DNA of 64,000 nucleotides from Thermodesulfobacteriota bacterium (lineage in GTDB: Bacteria > Desulfobacterota_D > UBA1144 > Nemesobacterales > UBA2774). The stretch's first letter is position 1. Each line of letters begins with the position of its first letter. Positions 63,569 to 64,000 of the stretch are shown in pieces. A program made the translations under genes and the position numbers. The notes below the pieces were generated by a model. The model was not told the origin of the DNA, made no database searches, and worked only from the letters and a program-made list of their open reading frames with translations. The DNA is taken from NCBI GenBank assembly GCA_035325995.1, contig DAOKYU010000004.1:1322-65321 (forward strand). The letters are read 5' to 3'.

Positions 63569-64000
63569 CTACCTTTCGCTTCGCCTTACGCTCGCGAACT
63601 GCCTTGCGGCTTCGGGAAGAACCTTCTCTATGTTCTCGGGCGTGGGCTCGATGTTATTGATCTCGACTATGGCTTTCGCCATGCCCCGTATTATGATCTG
63701 CCTGTCGGAGTTCTCGGCGTTAAAGGCCTGCGTCTGCTCGGGGCTGAGCGAGCCTTTCTGAACCAGAAGCCCCTGGCTGCCTTCGGCGACGAGCCCCTGG
63801 GACAGCATCTGTTTTATCGTGGCGAGCCTCCGGGAGCGCCTCTTGTAGGCGTCGATCACGTCCGGCATGCTTCTTATCTTCTCGGTTATCTGCTGGGCTA
63901 TATTACCCTGCGCCCAGGCGTACTCGCCGAAATCGAGCGACACCTCTTTCTTGAGCACTATGACCTTACGCTCGGAGAGGACGGGCTTGTCGGGATACTT
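63569..64000 (-). CDS. YdbL-like (DUF1318) protein, 5'-truncated by the window edge
   Basis: The reading frame stays open to nt 64000, and the track start at 63958 is only an internal GTG. GLVAEGSQGLL ... AENSDRQIIIRGMAKA resembles the DUF1318 core (G-x-x-GE ... v-x-aEN-x-dR). Confidence 0.55.
   Translation of the reverse strand, partial: KYPDKPVLSERKVIVLKKEVSLDFGEYAWAQGNIAQQITEKIRSMPDVIDAYKRRSRRLATIKQMLSQGLVAEGSQGLLVQKGSLSPEQTQAFNAENSDRQIIIRGMAKAIVEINNIEPTPENIEKVLPEAARQFASVRRSER

Overview
GC-rich (judged by eye, not computed), gene-dense chromosomal segment from a diderm (Gram-negative-type) bacterium. I support about 55 protein-coding genes on both strands, nearly all housekeeping or metabolic. 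They include coaX, hisA-hisF, the futalosine-pathway genes mqnA and an mqnD-like gene, dapF, dapB, gyrB, dcd, pheS, hppA, cstA, the tgt-yajC-secD-secF operon, sucD, nuoG-nuoH, tamB, two rlpA paralogues, rng, pcm, meaB and mce. I found no rRNA, tRNA, CRISPR array, transposase, integrase or phage gene. Only three intergenic stretches are long and AT-rich: about 4488-4972, 9753-9933 and 44276-44714. The most interesting loci are these. (i) At 56027-60432, a lone hydantoinase-B/oxoprolinase subunit overlaps by ATGA a MEMO1-family protein that carries an extra PqqD-like N-terminal domain; a small Cys-rich secreted protein and an M19 dipeptidase flank the pair. (ii) A CofC (F420 biosynthesis) gene converges on an aldehyde dehydrogenase resembling archaeal lactaldehyde dehydrogenase CofA. 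(iii) A CxxC thioredoxin/ArsD-like small protein overlaps the end of cstA. (iv) A DUF4416 gene overlaps yicC by ATGA. (v) An uncharacterised outer-membrane beta-barrel lies next to ydbL at the window edge. Several normally operonic genes are orphaned here: nuoGH alone, sucD without sucC, pheS without pheT, hisAF without hisH, tamB without tamA. Codon usage is unusual for a GC-rich genome, with heavy use of ATA for Ile and AGG for Arg. This usage also produces many very long spurious antisense ORFs in the six-frame track. All family assignments rest on my reading of motifs and recollection of families; no database search was run.
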